Both the position numbers and the translations under genes were made by a program. The notes beneath the pieces were generated by a model. It was not told where the DNA came from, searched no databases, and was given only the letters and a program-made list of their open reading frames with translations. Positions 25,713 through 38,895 of a stretch of 64,000 nt of DNA are shown here, piece by piece; position 1 is the first letter of the stretch, and every line of letters begins with the position of its first letter. Source of the DNA: Macrostomum lignano (Eukaryota); contig NIVC01000615.1 in assembly GCA_002269645.1 (NCBI GenBank), positions 212,781-276,780 of the forward strand, in the 5' to 3' direction.

Positions 25713-25788
<76 letters not shown>

Positions 25789-28700
25789 GGCAGGCAGGCA
25801 GGCAGGCAGAAAAAGCTCGAACTTACCCAGATCTTTTTGCCCTATTTCATGTCATTCCCCATAAATCGAAGGCTGTTTCGTAGCATAGCATGGGGATTAA
25901 AGCAACTCGAATGGATAGGATTAGTATTGGGAGACGAGAGGGCAGAGAGGATTAGAGAGGAAAGAGATGGAAGATCAGGGTAGAGTGCACTGCAGTGTGC
26001 AGGTTTAACCCAAGTACGGCAGAACCTGCGGGGCTCCTGGAGTGCAGGGGGGAGAGGCGGAGAGGCGCAGGAGTACTCTGGAGCGCGAGTTCGCGCGAAC
26101 TTGTCCCTAAAAGCCTGCTATACATGCATGCTATAAATATAATAAGCTCTCTAACTCTCTCTTCCACACTAACTAGTGCTCCTCTCATGCTTTGTATTAT
26201 ATATATTTTAGTAAAACTGCTTGTTGTAAACAGTCAGTCAGTCAGTCAGTCAGTCAGTCAGTCAGTCAGTCAGTCAGTCAGTCAGTCAGTCAGTCAGTCA
26301 GTCAGTCAGTCAGTCAGTCAGTCAGTCAGTCAGTCAGTCAGTCAGTCAGTCAGTCAGTCAGTCAGTCAGTCAGTCAGTCAGTCAGTCAGTCAGTCAGTCA
26401 GTCAGTCAGTCAGTCAGTCAGTCAGTCAGTCAGTCAGTCAGTCAGTCAGTCAGTCAGTCAGTCAGTCAGTCAGTCAGTCAGTCAGTCAGTCAGTCAGTCA
26501 GTCAGTCAGTCAGTCAGTCAGTCAGTCAGTCAGTCAGTCAGTCAGTCAGTCAGTCAGTCAGTCAGTCAGTCAGTCAGTCAGTCAGTCAGTCAGTCAGTCA
26601 GTCAGTCAGTCAGTCAGTCAGTCAGTCAGTCAGTCAGTCAGTCAGTCAGTCAGTCAGTCAGTCAGTCAGTCAGTCAGTCAGTCAGTCAGTCAGTCAGTCA
26701 GTCAGTCAGTCAGTCAGTCAGTCAGTCAGTCAGTCAGTCAGTCAGTCAGTCAGTCAGTCAGTCAGTCAGTCAGTCAGTCAGTCAGTCAGTCAGTCAGTCA
26801 GTCAGTCAGTCAGTCAGTCAGTCAGTCAGTCAGTCAGTCAGTCAGTCAGTCAGTCAGTCAGTCAGTCAGTCAGTCAGTCAGTCAGTCAGTCAGTCAGTCA
26901 GTCAGTCAGTCAGTCAGTCAGTCAGTCAGTCAGTCAGTCAGTCAGTCAGTCAGTCAGTCAGTCAGTCAGTCAGTCAGTCAGTCAGTCAGTCAGTCAGTCA
27001 CCCACTCACTCAGGTCAGTCAGTCAGTCAGTCAGTCAGTCAGTCAGTCAGTCAGTCAGTCAGTCAGTCAGTCAGTCAGTCAGTCAGTCAGTCAGTCAGTC
27101 AGTCAGTCAGTCAGTCAGTCAGTCAGTCAGTCAGTCAGTCAGTCAGTCAGTCAGTCAGTCAGTCAGTCAGTCAGTCAGTCAGTCAGTCAGTCAGTCAGTC
27201 AGTCAGTCAGTCAGTCAGTCAGTCAGTCAGTCAGTCAGTCAGTCAGTATCTATTAATCCATCAAAAGAAAGATAGAGAGTTTCTCTGTACAGTGTCTCAA
27301 TGAACTTTGCTAGAAATGGAAGTGAAATCTTTCACCTCCTGTCTGGTCTGACGGGCGCGTCAATTCAAGGGTGAAAATGGATACGAAAGTAAAACAAAAG
27401 CCTCTAGCTAGCTGCTAGGCAGTCATGCAGTCTAGAATGCCAGCTGGAGACAGAGGGCTTTTAAACTGTACTTTTAGCTCGTAGCTTATCTGCTTGCACT
27501 TAAGGGTATTAAGTTATACCATGGATGAACTAAAATCGGCTCATTAATCATCTCGTCGCGAACCAAGAGACAGGGGCGCCCACCAGAGACAGGGGCGCCC
27601 ACCAAGAGACAGGGGCGCCCACCAAGAGACAGGGGCGCCCACCAAGAGACAGGGGCGCCCACCAAGAGACAGGGGCGCCCACCAAGAGACAGGGGCGCCC
27701 ACCAAGAGACAGGGGCGCCCACCAAGAGACAGGGGCCACCACCAAGAGACAGGGGCGCCCACCAAAACACCAAATATTGGCGCCCCTCAAAGGGTTGCAG
27801 TCCTTTCAATTTACATTCCACTTGCTCCTTGCAGATACATGTGATCAGAAATCAGTATTTAATGGCAGCAAACACGCCTAGAAACAGCTGCAAATGAAAA
27901 CGAATGCTAGAAGCTGCAACTGGACATCTAATAACAGAGTTCACTTAGCTAAAAATATCCATGCGACTGCAAGGTAAACACGAATTGAAACATAAACTAT
28001 TATTATTGGAGGCACTCAAGTGCAACACTCGCTTTCAGAAACGGTAATCACAGAGAGTTCAGAAACGGTAATCAGAGAGAGTTCAGAAACGGTAATCAGA
28101 GAGAGTTCAGAAACGGTAATCAGATAGAGTTTTGAAACGGTAATCAGAGAGGGTTCAGAAACGGTAATCAGAGAGAGTTTTGAAACGGTAATCAGAGAGA
28201 GTTCAGAAACGGTAATCAGAGAGAGTTCAGAAACGGTAATCAGAGAGAGTTCAGAAACGGTAATCAGAGAGAGTTCAGAAACGGTAATCACAGAGAGTTC
28301 AGAAACGGTAATCAGAGAGAGTTCAGAAACGGTAATCAGAGAGAGTTTTGAAACGGTAATCAGAGAGAGTTCAGAAACGGTAATCAGAGAGAGTTTTGAA
28401 ACGGTAATCAGAGAGAGTTCAGAAACGGTAATCAGAGAGAGTTCAGAAACGGTAATCAGAGAGAGTTCAGAAACGGTAATCACAGAGAGTTCAGAAACGG
28501 TAATCAGAGAGAGTTCAGAAACGGTAATCAGAGAGAGTTCAGAAACGGTAATCAGATAGAGTTTTGAAACGGTAATCAGAGAGAGTTCAGAAACGGTAAT
28601 CAGATAGAGTTTTGAAACGGTAATCAGAGAGAGTTCAGAAACGGTTAATCAGAGAGAGTTCAGAAACGGTAATCAGATAGAGTTTTGAAACGGTAATCAG

Positions 28701-31700
28701 AGAGAGTTCAGAAACGGTAATCAGAGAGAGTTCAGAAACGGTAATCAGAGAGAGTTTTGAAACGGTAATCAGAGAGAGTTCAGAAACGGTAATCAGATAG
28801 AGTTTTGAAACGGTTAATCAGAGAGAGTTCAGCAACGGTAATCAGATAGAGTTTTGAAACGGTAATCAGAGAGAGTTCAGAAACGGTAATCAGAGAGGGT
28901 TCAGAAACGGTAATCAGATAGAGTTTTGAAACGGTAATCAGAGAGAGTTCAGAAACGGTTAATCAGAGAGAGTTCAGCAACGGTAATCAGATAGAGTTTT
29001 GAAACGGTAATCAGAGAGAGTTCAGAAACGGTAATCAGATAGAGTTTTGAAACGGTAATCAGATAGAGTTTTGAAACGGTAATCAGAGAGAGTTCAGAAA
29101 CGGTAATCAGATAGAGTTTTGAAACGGTAATCAGAGAGGGTTCAGAAACGGTAATCAGATAGAGTTTTGAAACGGTAATCAGAGAGAGTTTTGAAACGGT
29201 AATCAGAGAGAGTTCAGAAACGGTAATCAGAGAGAGTTCAGAAACGGTAATCAGAGAGAGTTCAGAAACGGTAATCAGAGAGAGTTCAGAAACGGTAATC
29301 AGAGAGAGTTCAGAAACGGTAATCAGAGAGAGTTCAGAAACGGTAATCAGAGAGAGTTCAGAAACGGTAATCAGAGAGAGTTCAGAAACGGTAATCAGAG
29401 AGAGTTCAGAAACGGTAATCAGAGAGAGTTCAGAAACGGTAATCAGAGAGAGTTCAGAAACGGTAATCAGAGAGAGTTCAGAAACGGTAATCAGAGAGAG
29501 TTCAGAAACGGTAATCAGAGAGAGTTTTGAAACGGTAATCAGAGAGAGTTCAGAAACGGTAATCAGAGAGAGTTTTGAAACGGTAATCAGAGAGAGTTCA
29601 GAAACGGTAATCAGAGAGAGTTTTGAAACGGTAATCAGAGAGAGTTCAGAAACGGTAATCAGATAGAGTTTTGAAACGGTAATCAGAGAGAGTTCAGAAA
29701 CGGTAATCAGATAGAGTTTTGAAACGGTAATCAGAGAGAGTTCAGAAACGGTAATCAGAGAGAGTTCAGAAACGGTAATCAGAGAGAGTTCAGAAACGGT
29801 AATCAGATAGAGTTTTGAAACGGTAATCAGAGAGAGTTCAGAAACGGTAATCAGAGAGAGTTTTGAAACGGTAATCAGAGAGAGTTTTGAAACGGTAATC
29901 AGATAGAATGCATATAAGTTCATTGAAACAAATATATCTATCCATAAAGCAGCTTACCTAGTTGGCTCATCAAAGAACATAATAGGCGGATTGCTCAACA
30001 ACTCCTGAGCAATTGCCAGTCGCTTTTTCTGTCCACCACTCAGAGACGAAGCCCTGGTGGAGCTGCATTCGGCCAGACCCAGCACGTCCAGAATTGTCCG
30101 AACCATGGCCTCCTTTTTCTCGGCCGGTTCGCACAAGCGCAGATTGGCTGAACAGGTCATGGACTCGTGCACAGACAGGTGCGGCAGTAGCAGGTCCTCT
30201 TGCATGATGTAGCAAGAGTTTTTACGGAATTTTCGCAGATTTCTAATCTGTCCGTTGACTAGAATATCGCCTTCAACGTTTTTACTGATGTAGCCAGCTA
30301 ACACGTTGGTGAGGCTGCTCTTGCCCGCTCCGCTGGGGCCCATCAGGGCTACTAGGCGACCCGGCTTGAACTTGCCGTTCAAACTGTCCAGAATGGTCTT
30401 CTGAGCTGTTGAGTTCAGATGCAGTTTGGGTATAAAGAAAGAGGTCACGCATCAGTATCACAACGATCAAATCATTTACTTGTAATGATATTCTCCAAAT
30501 AGAAATCCAAGTCAGCTGTCTAGGGTAGCTACACGGATCAGTGACGTCCAGGCCTCTAAAGACATCAGAGTTATTAACTACCCCAGGGTCTCAGTGACGT
30601 TCCAGGCCCTAGACATCAGAGTTATTAACTACCCCAGGGTCTCAGTGACGTTCCAGGCCCTAGACATCAGAGTTATTAACTACCCCAGGGTCTCAGTGAC
30701 GTTCCAGGCCCTAGACATCAGAGTTATTAACTACCCCAGGGTATCAGTGACGTTCCAGGCCCTAGACATCAGAGTTATTAACTACCCCAGGGTCTCAGTG
30801 ACGTTCCAGGCCCTAGACATCAGAGTTATTAACTACCCCAGGGTATCAGTGACGTTCCAGGCCCTAGACATCAGAGTTATTAACTACCCCAGGGTATCAG
30901 TGACGTTCCAGGCCCTAGACATCAGAGTTATTAACTACCCCAGGGTATCAGTGACGTCCAGGCCTCTATAGACATCAGAGTTATTAACTACCCCAGGGTA
31001 TCAGTGACGTTTCAGTCTGTAGACATCAGAGTTATTAACTACCCCAGGGTATCAGTGACGTTCCAGTCTGTAGACATCAGAGTTATTAACTACCCCAGGG
31101 TATCAGTGACGTCCAGGCCTCTATAGACATCAGAGTTATTAACTACCCCAGGGTATCAGTGACGTCCAGGCTTCTCTAGACATCAGAGTTATTAACTACC
31201 CCAGGGTATCAGTGACGTTCCAGTCTGTAGACATCAGAGTTATTAACTACCCCAGGGTCTCAGTGACGTTCCAGGCCCTAGACATCAGAGTTATTAACTA
31301 CCCCAGGGTATCAGTGACGTCCAGGCCTCTATAGACATCAGAGTTATTAACTACCCCAGGGTATCAGTGACGTCCAGGCTTCTCTAGACATCAGAGTTAT
31401 TAACTACCCCAGGGTATCAGTGACGTTCCAGTCTGTAGACATCAGAGTTATTAACTACCCCAGGGTCTCAGTGATGTTCCAGGCCCTAGACATCAGAGTT
31501 ATTAACTACCCCAGGGTCTCAGTGACGTTCCAGACCCTAGACATCAGAGTTATTAACTACCCTAGGGTTTCAGTGACGTTCCAGGCCCTAGACATCAGAG
31601 TTATTAACTACCCCAGGGTATCAGTCAGTGACGTTCCAGTCTCTAGACATCAGAGTGAACTATACAACTATAGGGGATCGATGACATTACAGGCCCCCGA

Positions 31701-32130
31701 GATATCAGTGTCAAAGGACCAGCCTTCTTTAATACTCCAGTAGAAGTAATTGATTGTGATTCTTTCAAATTGGCAAGACACAACCAATGCTTTTCTTACC
31801 ATTCCGTACGCGCACGTAGTAGCTCAGATTCTTGAACTCCAAAGTCAATGGAGTTTTGCCCTGCAATCGGAGGAACATCTCTTTGCCTTTGAGCGAATTG
31901 TAGGATGACTTTAAGTCGTTATCTGTGGGCATATTGATGGCTGTGGAGGCACCGTCTGGTGGGGGGTTTGAGCGCAGCGGCACAGTCTCTTCTTTATCGG
32001 CTGCCTTCGCGGTGGCAGCTGGATTGGTGCCAGATGAGGCAGCTTGCTGTTCGCAGCTCACGCTGAGCACGGCAGGTCCACCAGATTTGGCTGCTTTACC
32101 TCTGCTTTTAGACTTCTTTGGTTCTGGCAT
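18708..32130 (-). CDS. ABCG1/ABCG4-like (white family) ABC half transporter, 735 aa; exons 31800-32130, 29958-30405, 23614-24151, 22236-22328, 21969-22137, 20744-21016, 18708-19063
   Basis: Seven exons total 2208 bp and join in frame with GT-AG at every boundary. Walker [10 protein letters not shown]-loop YIMQED, signature LSGGQKKR, Walker B/D-loop FFDEPTSGLD (split AG|C across intron 2), H-loop CTIHQPS. TMD with [51 protein letters not shown]-before-TMD topology is the ABCG arrangement. Confidence 0.95.
19087..20600. repeat. 19-23-bp minisatellite (CAGTGACTCAGTGTCTTAT)n in ABCG intron 6
   Basis: Tandem periodicity. Most units carry TGACTCA. Confidence 0.97.
21075..21920. repeat. ~53-bp minisatellite (GGCGGCATTTGTTAATAGATCAAAGGGAATAGCTAGGGGGAGGTAGAGAGAGT)n in ABCG intron 5
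   Basis: Homogeneous central copies with diverged flanking copies. Confidence 0.93.
22470..23235. repeat. 27-33-bp minisatellite (CAGCAACTGAGGATCTGGGAGGCTGGCC)n in ABCG intron 3
   Basis: Tandem periodicity. ORFs 22389-23336 are its translations. Confidence 0.95.
24255..24900. repeat. Pyrimidine-rich ~36-bp repeat in ABCG intron 2
   Basis: Unit like CTCCCTCTCCGTTTCCCTCTCCCTCTGCCTTACCCT. Confidence 0.9.
25366..25808. repeat. Compound (GACA)n/(GGCA)n microsatellite
   Basis: Direct inspection. Confidence 0.97.
26231..27246. repeat. (GTCA)n microsatellite, ~1 kb
   Basis: Near-perfect array with one interruption at ~27001-27012. The (SQSV)n ORFs are artefacts. Confidence 0.99.
27567..27765. repeat. 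20-bp minisatellite (ACCAAGAGACAGGGGCGCCC)n
   Basis: About 9-10 tandem copies. Confidence 0.95.
28030..29905. repeat. 24-bp minisatellite (TTCAGAAACGGTAATCAGAGAGAG)n, ~1.9 kb, in ABCG intron 2
   Basis: Tandem periodicity. The (ITVSELSL)n ORFs are its translations. Confidence 0.98.
30538..31650. repeat. 51-bp minisatellite (GTGACGTTCCAGGCCCTAGACATCAGAGTTATTAACTACCCCAGGGTCTCA)n in ABCG intron 1
   Basis: Tandem periodicity with 53-bp variants. Confidence 0.97.
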
Positions 32131-34171
32131 TTGTATGCAGAGAAGTTTTGCTTTGCTTGAAGCTCTGAAAATTGAACAGAGTATCAAAATATGTTTGGTA
32201 GAAATTAAAGTTACTCAAGCAACTGAAGAATTTCCTCACTTTTTATCAAGCTAAATATGTTTTCAAACTTCTGGCTTTAACTTATAATGAAAAGCAACTT
32301 ATAAATATTCTTAATATTTGAGGAACTTAAAAACAAAAGATAATATCTTGGGTGATAAAATAAGACACGTTTTGTATAAATCAGTATAAAAAACATATAC
32401 ATTAAATAGGTACTCAAAATTCATTGAAATTTAATGCTATTAAGTAAACTTATACAATTATAAAGTAAAACTGTTCAGGATATAACAGAAATATAATGCT
32501 AATAAAATTTAAATTATTATTTATTTGTACATATTTGAATTCGATGGTAATGAATAAGTTGTCAATAAGTGAGATAGCAAACAATATATGCTACTAAAGA
32601 ATGTGGTGCAGGTGTTCATGTGTGAATTTGAATGCTAAATTTAAATTCTCTTCATTAAAATGTGATGTCAAGATTGCAAAACCGGTACAAAAATTATTTA
32701 TGTGAAGGGTTGTACCAACTTTTGTTTGGTTTTTTGCATATGTCTGACTATAGCAATATACAATAATACAGGCTCTGTATGTGACTTATTCGGACAGAAG
32801 ATTCAAACGTTACGAGTATAAAACGTCTAAGCCTAACTCTAATTCTAACTAAGACTTAAAAGTAAAAAGTTCAGTTAACAAATTAGAACAGTCAGTGCAA
32901 GAAGTAAAGACAAAGAAAATCGGAAACAGACAAATTCTTCTCGCGATCATTTAATTACCGTGCTTGTTGTAGCATTTGAATTTCCGCCAAATGTTAATGA
33001 CGCGAACGAAAGCAGTTTCGTTTACAAATAAAACCCGCAAAAATCAATATTGAAACATGAATGAAAAGCCTAAATCATTCAAACCTTGGAATACAATGGT
33101 TTTCTTCCTTTTAATTCAGGTCTGCCGAACTTTTCGCCTTTTTTCTTTTAAAACAATCGGTCTGTGAAGTTTTTAATCCTTATTCAATGGGAACATATTG
33201 AATGGTCCTTCGAATCAAATCAAAATATTTATGAAAGAATAGGGAACACATGACAAAATTTTAACAGCGCTTACTCTTGGGACAGAAGTATGAATTAGAT
33301 ATGAAGAGATCGAACAGAAGATTCGAGTTAAATGCATGGGGTTATTGCAAAAAAATAGAGAAAATATGTTTGCAAAAGCTGAGCAAAGGATTAATGCAAA
33401 AAAAGGAATTTTTTTGGAAAAACCGAGAAAGTGATTATTGAAAAACTAAGAAACGATTAAATCGAGGGCGTCGCCATGGATTTTGTGGTAGGAGAGAGAC
33501 AAAGCCAAGAATTCCACATTTACATTCCTAGATACATTTTATTTTGAGAATCGGCGTTGTCAGCGTTTCTTTGACGCCGCAGGCAGCTCATTTTGGTGCT
33601 GCAGGCACTCAGTTTTGGCGCTGCAGCTGGGGTTATATATTTTGCCGCCCTGTGAGGAAAAATAAAATATTTCCAAGGGGTGGGGGACTTCAGAAGGCAA
33701 CTTTCATCTACTGTATAATTATTCCAGTTTGAAATTAATAACAAATAGAACAGAAATTGGTAGAGATTGATATAATTTTCTAGTAAAAAACAGATTGGAA
33801 CATGCTCTCAAGTTTCGAAATTTATGCATGTATGAGACTATAAAAAACACAGAAATTTACAGATCATGCATTGCACTTCTATTACCCTTAGGAACGCTTT
33901 CATTTTCACACTAATAAAGCAGCTCGTAGTGTTTAATTTGTTTCTATAGAACCGACAAAAGCAAATATTGTCTTTTTAATAAGACGAAATTGCATGTTTA
34001 GTGTCTCCGTTAATTATTTTGAGGCTGTTGCATACATACATGTAATTTATTTATGGATATTATACTGCGTAAGTGATGAATGTAAGCCCGAACTTGAGCG
34101 TTATATATAAGACCATTTGTATTCTTGCACACAAGTAACTCATACAGCTTTTCAGGACATTCAATCTGCCC

Positions 34172-34179
34172 TATAAAAG
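34172..34179 (+). promoter_or_regulatory. Candidate TATA box (TATAAAAG) for the BIR-domain gene
   Basis: Consensus TATAAAAG ~85 bp upstream of ATG 34264. It is only 7 bp upstream of ATG 34186, which argues that 34264 is the start codon. Confidence 0.4.
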
Positions 34180-34263
34180 GTAACCATGCCTCAAGTTCAC
34201 TGTAAAAAAGACGCGGCCCGAATAGCAGAAAGCACCCGCGGCCCGTGCGCAACTCAATTGAAA

Positions 34264-35007
34264 ATGTCAATTCTATCAACGGTGAGTCGGAAAATTCTAA
34301 TCGACGCCCTGTCGCACATTTCAACCACACTGTCCAACCGCTTGAGCGCCTCGGCTGAGTCCAACTTGACCATAGACGTTTACGAAGCTCTGACCGCCGC
34401 AGTCTTCCTCATGTCAAGCGCGCGTCACCTCGATTTTGTCAGTCGCCTCTCCCGGCGTCGGTCGTTTGAGCAAGCGAGCTGGAATCAGAGCAGACTGCTG
34501 ACAATCGATCTAATGGTTGAAAGCGGCTTCTTTGCCACACAGGACGGCGATCACGTGAAGTGCTTCTTCTGCGACGTCGGTCTGAGAGACTGGGACGCCG
34601 ACGACTGCCCCGAGCTCGAGCACGTGAAATTCAGTCCTCTGTGCTTCTTTCTGAAGAGCTCCAGAGGCATGACCTGGCTGCGAGGCTCCAGCTCGGGAAG
34701 GAACAACTATCCGTCAGCGTACCTGCGTCAGGATCACAACCAACTGCTAAGGACGCTGTGGCAGGAGTACAAAGGCAACAAGGCAACTATCGCCAGAGCT
34801 GTTGGCTTCAGCGACATTAAGGTTCTATTGTGCGTTTCCAGAAGCTACATCAGACTGAATAAACGGCTTAGCATGGAGGAATTAATCAAGGAACTGCAAC
34901 ACGACTGGGACTGCGACTTAGGGGCGTCAGATCCTGACTTAATTGCGGCGCCTTGCTTTCAAAGTCAGTTTTGCCTGGCGCAGGTGCTCAATGAGTTGTT
35001 TAGTTAA
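34264..35007 (+). CDS. Single-BIR inhibitor-of-apoptosis-like protein with a UBA-like segment and no RING; uninterrupted ORF
   Basis: RRRSF..W..MVESGFF..GDHVKCFFCDVGLRDWDADDCPELEHVKFSPLCFFL has the intact BIR CX2C-X16-H-X6-C zinc ligands. ARAVGFSDIKV...SMEELIKEL resembles the IAP UBA (MGF loop), by eye only. The ORF is open from 34186. Confidence 0.85.
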   Translation: MSILSTVSRKILIDALSHISTTLSNRLSASAESNLTIDVYEALTAAVFLMSSARHLDFVSRLSRRRSFEQASWNQSRLLTIDLMVESGFFATQDGDHVKCFFCDVGLRDWDADDCPELEHVKFSPLCFFLKSSRGMTWLRGSSSGRNNYPSAYLRQDHNQLLRTLWQEYKGNKATIARAVGFSDIKVLLCVSRSYIRLNKRLSMEELIKELQHDWDCDLGASDPDLIAAPCFQSQFCLAQVLNELFS

Positions 35008-35349
35008 TTGTACTGATTGACAAGTTTTATAGTATTACTGCATAGTAAAAGTACAAGACCCAATCGCAGGTTCATACGCTCGTACATTGTATCGTTACAT
35101 CGATGCTGTAAACAAACTATTAATAATTATTTGCTTCTCTGCTTGGCTACATGCCATGGCGGGATATAATGACTGGTGCAGAAGTTTCATTTCGATATGT
35201 TGTTTTATCTATTTCAGAATTGAACAAGTTATACACTGTATGTGAAAAGCAATGAGCTACATCAGTAATGAAAGCCGAAAGTTCAGTAGTACGCAAAAAG
35301 ACAGAGAAGGAAATGTATACTAGGGGGGTTAGAGGAGACAGAATTCATT

Positions 35350-35912
35350 GGGAGCTACATCATAAGCTCGAAAAGTCACAACCTCGAAAAGTCACATCGT
35401 CGAAAACTGATTTAGCAGCCACCATCATAAGCTCAAAAAGGGTTAGGGTTAGGGTTAGAGCTTTGTGACTTTTCGAGCTTGTGACTTTTCGAGCTTGTGA
35501 CTTTTCGAGCTTGTGACTTTTCGAGCTTGTGACTTTTCGAGCTTGTGACTTTTCGAGCTTGAGACTTTTCGAGCTTGTGACTTTTCGAGCTTGAGACTTT
35601 TCGAGCTTGTGACTTTTCGAGCTTGAGACTTTTCGAGTTTGTGACTTTTCGAGCTTGTGACTTTTCGAGCTTGTGACTTTTCGAGCTTGTGACTTTTCGA
35701 GCTTGAGACTTTTCGAGCTTGTGACGGTGGTCGCTAAATTTTTCGACGATGTGACTTTTCGAGCTTGAGACGGTGGTCACTAAATTTTTCGACGTTGTGA
35801 CTTTTCGAGCTTGTGACGGTGGTCGCTAAACTTTTCGACGATGTGACTTTTCGAGCTTGTGATGGAACCCTGTTTCGACGATGTGATTTTTGAGCTCATG
35901 ATAGCGACCCAT
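35350..35912. mobile_element. Foldback/MITE-like element built from 16-bp units (TGTGACTTTTCGAGCT) with a central (TTAGGG)3 spacer
   Basis: The left arm has AGCTCGAAAAGTCACA units and the right arm has their reverse complement in tandem. Imperfect terminal IR GGGAGCTACATCATAAGCTC / GAGCTCATGATAGCGACCC. GGGTTAGGGTTAGGGTTAG at 35440-35458. No convincing TSD. Confidence 0.7.
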
Positions 35913-36150
35913 TAATTATACACCGGGGGAGGAGGGGGGTAGCAATTAAGTTAGCGTGTACGTACACAGAAAGGTACAAGAAAAAGGATCGTCGTAAACA
36001 TTCGCCGAAAAGTTTAGTCTTTTGAGATAAACTAACCCAAAATCATTGGTAAACTGCTCCCATACTTTCAACGAGAGAACAGTGATGAGAGTCTGAGACA
36101 AGTACATTGGTCAAGGGGTGTACTTGAGTTGTTCGCTGCTGGTCAGCCCT

Positions 36151-37702
<1,552 letters not shown>

Positions 37703-38344
37703 TGTCCTATTAATAATATAATTATTCTGTAGTAGAATATTACTGAGCAGTTTCTATTGCAGTGTGAGTTTGTTCTAGCGCTGTCTGTATGCTAGCATGC
37801 AGAGGTCTAACTAATATAATATAGGCATTGAGACAGCGGACACCCAACCCCTTTCAGCCAATAAGGCGCATGGGACAGATAGAGGCCGTCATGACTGCAC
37901 TTAAACTCAAATTTTCAGCATTTATCACTTCTATACCATGCAGTTCTCAACGCAAGAATTTTAATAGAGATTAAGAAATATGAGCCGAATGAGTTTTAGC
38001 TTAGGCAGACAATAAAATTGGTAGCTCTATGGAGCTATTCAAGCCATTATCTGCAGGTGCACAAGCAGAGGCGTCCCGTTACAAGTGCTGTTCATTACAC
38101 AGGTACAGAGTTTGCATCAGAGTGAGTGGGCTATTTTATTCTGACGCAGGATGAAAGCCTTACTCTGGTAGCTTTTGCTGCTTCTCTGCTTAGCGTACAT
38201 TTGCTTGCAACTATTCTTCCAGCCCATCTGTACAGAGAACTTGTACTTTTATGGGAGCCAGACAGGACTAAACTGCCCGTAAATTGCTGTTACTAATCTG
38301 ATTTTTAATTTAGTAAGGTATGGGATATAATATAAGGATACAGA

Positions 38345-38696
38345 GTGACTAAACTTTGTTCTAAACAGAGTGACTAAACTCAGTGCTAACAGAGTGACTA
38401 AACTCATTGCTAACAGAGTGACTAAACTCAGTGCTAACAGAGTGACTAAACTCAGTGCTAACAGAGTGACTAAACTCAGTGCTAACAGAGTGACTAAACT
38501 CAGTGCTAACAGAGTGACTAAACTCAGTGCTAACAGAGTGACTAAACTCAGTGCTAACAGAGTGACTAAACTCAGTGCTAACAGAGTGACTAAACTCATT
38601 GCTAACAGAGTGACTAAACTCAGTGCTAACAGAGTGACTAAACTCAGTGCTAACAGAGTGACTAAACTCATTGCTAACAGAGTGACTAAACTCAGT
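38345..38696. repeat. 24-bp minisatellite (AGAGTGACTAAACTCAGTGCTAAC)n
   Basis: About 14 tandem copies. Confidence 0.97.
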
Positions 38697-38895
38697 GAAA
38701 GTTGGTTAAGTTGGTTAAACTTAACGGATTTAATGGCTGAAATGTTTTAAGAATTTACAGTTATTCACTGTGGAACTGCACAATTTTGTGAGCTATAGCA
38801 TAGCGATCTGGAACCATGCAGAAACTCCAATATCAACTCGATGCGCCTGCACCTCATGCCACAACGGCCCTAGCTGCGCGGGCCAATTCCTTTAG

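Noticed and set aside
25995-27275. 426-aa and 354-aa (SQSV)n ORFs
   Set aside because: They are read-throughs of the (GTCA)n microsatellite inside an ABCG intron.
30538-31650. Regularly spaced repeats as possible CRISPR arrays (also 21075-21920, 39990-40620, 54885-55436)
   Set aside because: Units abut directly with no unique spacers, there are no cas genes and the context is eukaryotic introns.
35440-35458. Chromosome end or fusion scar
   Set aside because: Only three TTAGGG units, embedded in a foldback element; there is no long array or head-to-head telomere junction.
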